A DNA stretch of 64,000 nt from a virus (taxonomy: Duplodnaviria; Caudoviricetes), in IMG/VR virus record IMGVR_UViG_3300029288_000001, positions 96,001 through 160,000 of that record; one strand, given 5' to 3'. The number at the start of each line of letters is the position of its first letter. The stretch's first letter is position 1. Positions 63,551-64,000 of this stretch are shown one piece after another. Position numbers and translations under genes: made by a program. The notes under the pieces are model-generated. The model ran no database searches and had not been told where the DNA came from. It was given only the letters and a program-made list of their open reading frames with translations.

Positions 63551-63862
63551 TTAGTTATCCTCTTTTAGTACTGATTTATGACATACTATATTAGCAACGG
63601 TATTTTTATCCCTTGAATGAGGGTTAATATCGCATTCGACATTCTCCTTAAAAACAATTAAAATATCTGGTGGTTCTATAGAACCAAATTCAATATGATC
63701 ATAAACTAAGCCTGATGTTTTGGGATAATTAATAATGGGTGGAATAGTAATGGTAGGTTTATAGGTTTCAATAATACAATTATAATAATTATCCTTAATC
63801 ATTTTACATTTAATTTTCCTAATATTTTTAATGTTTTTATATTCAACTTCTTCTTCGGTCAT
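63551..63862 (-). CDS. Hypothetical protein
   Basis: 103-aa AT-rich ORF coupled to 63548. Confidence 0.55.
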   Translation of the reverse strand: MTEEEVEYKNIKNIRKIKCKMIKDNYYNCIIETYKPTITIPPIINYPKTSGLVYDHIEFGSIEPPDILIVFKENVECDINPHSRDKNTVANIVCHKSVLKEDN

Positions 63863-64000
63863 TTCTTTTCGTTCTCTGCCATATTACTTCTTACCTCATG
63901 AATCTCTGAAAGGTATCTACCTTTTCCTTTAACCCATCTCTCTCCTTCTGTAATTTATCGACCATTGCTTCTAACGATTCTTTTTCAATATTCTTTTCAT

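Overview
The window looks like part of a large archaeal virus or extrachromosomal element. Host is inferred to be Asgard/Lokiarchaeia-like from archaeal TATA/BRE promoters, a Loki-type RHH gene pair, a TFIIB-like cyclin fold and intron-containing tRNAs. No capsid, terminase, polymerase or integrase gene is recognisable here. About 1-39.7 kb is a dense minus-strand run of small accessory ORFs. Transcription diverges at about 38.6-40.2 kb around a perfect 51-bp inverted repeat, a tRNA/ncRNA island lies at 48.5-50.6 kb, and larger unknown proteins occupy 50.7-64 kb. Main highlights: (1) a 36-nt-period dual-repeat array with 9-nt spacers at 1-785 matching TIGR (tandem interspaced guide RNA) architecture, just downstream of a wHTH + ParB-like pair, with no Tas gene visible in the window; (2) at least 7 dispersed tRNA minihelix (acceptor + T-arm) elements between genes; (3) a circularly permuted, YrlA-like tRNA mimic, and a TROVE-like/TerD gene preceded by two covarying stem-loops with variable loops; (4) a tRNA-Leu whose 499-nt intron encodes an endonuclease VII-type nuclease; (5) recurrent apparent ACG and ATA start codons; (6) short peptide motifs (C-terminal LEQL, internal EDFIEVAR) shared by unrelated proteins. 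All family calls come from motifs read by eye; no database searches were run.
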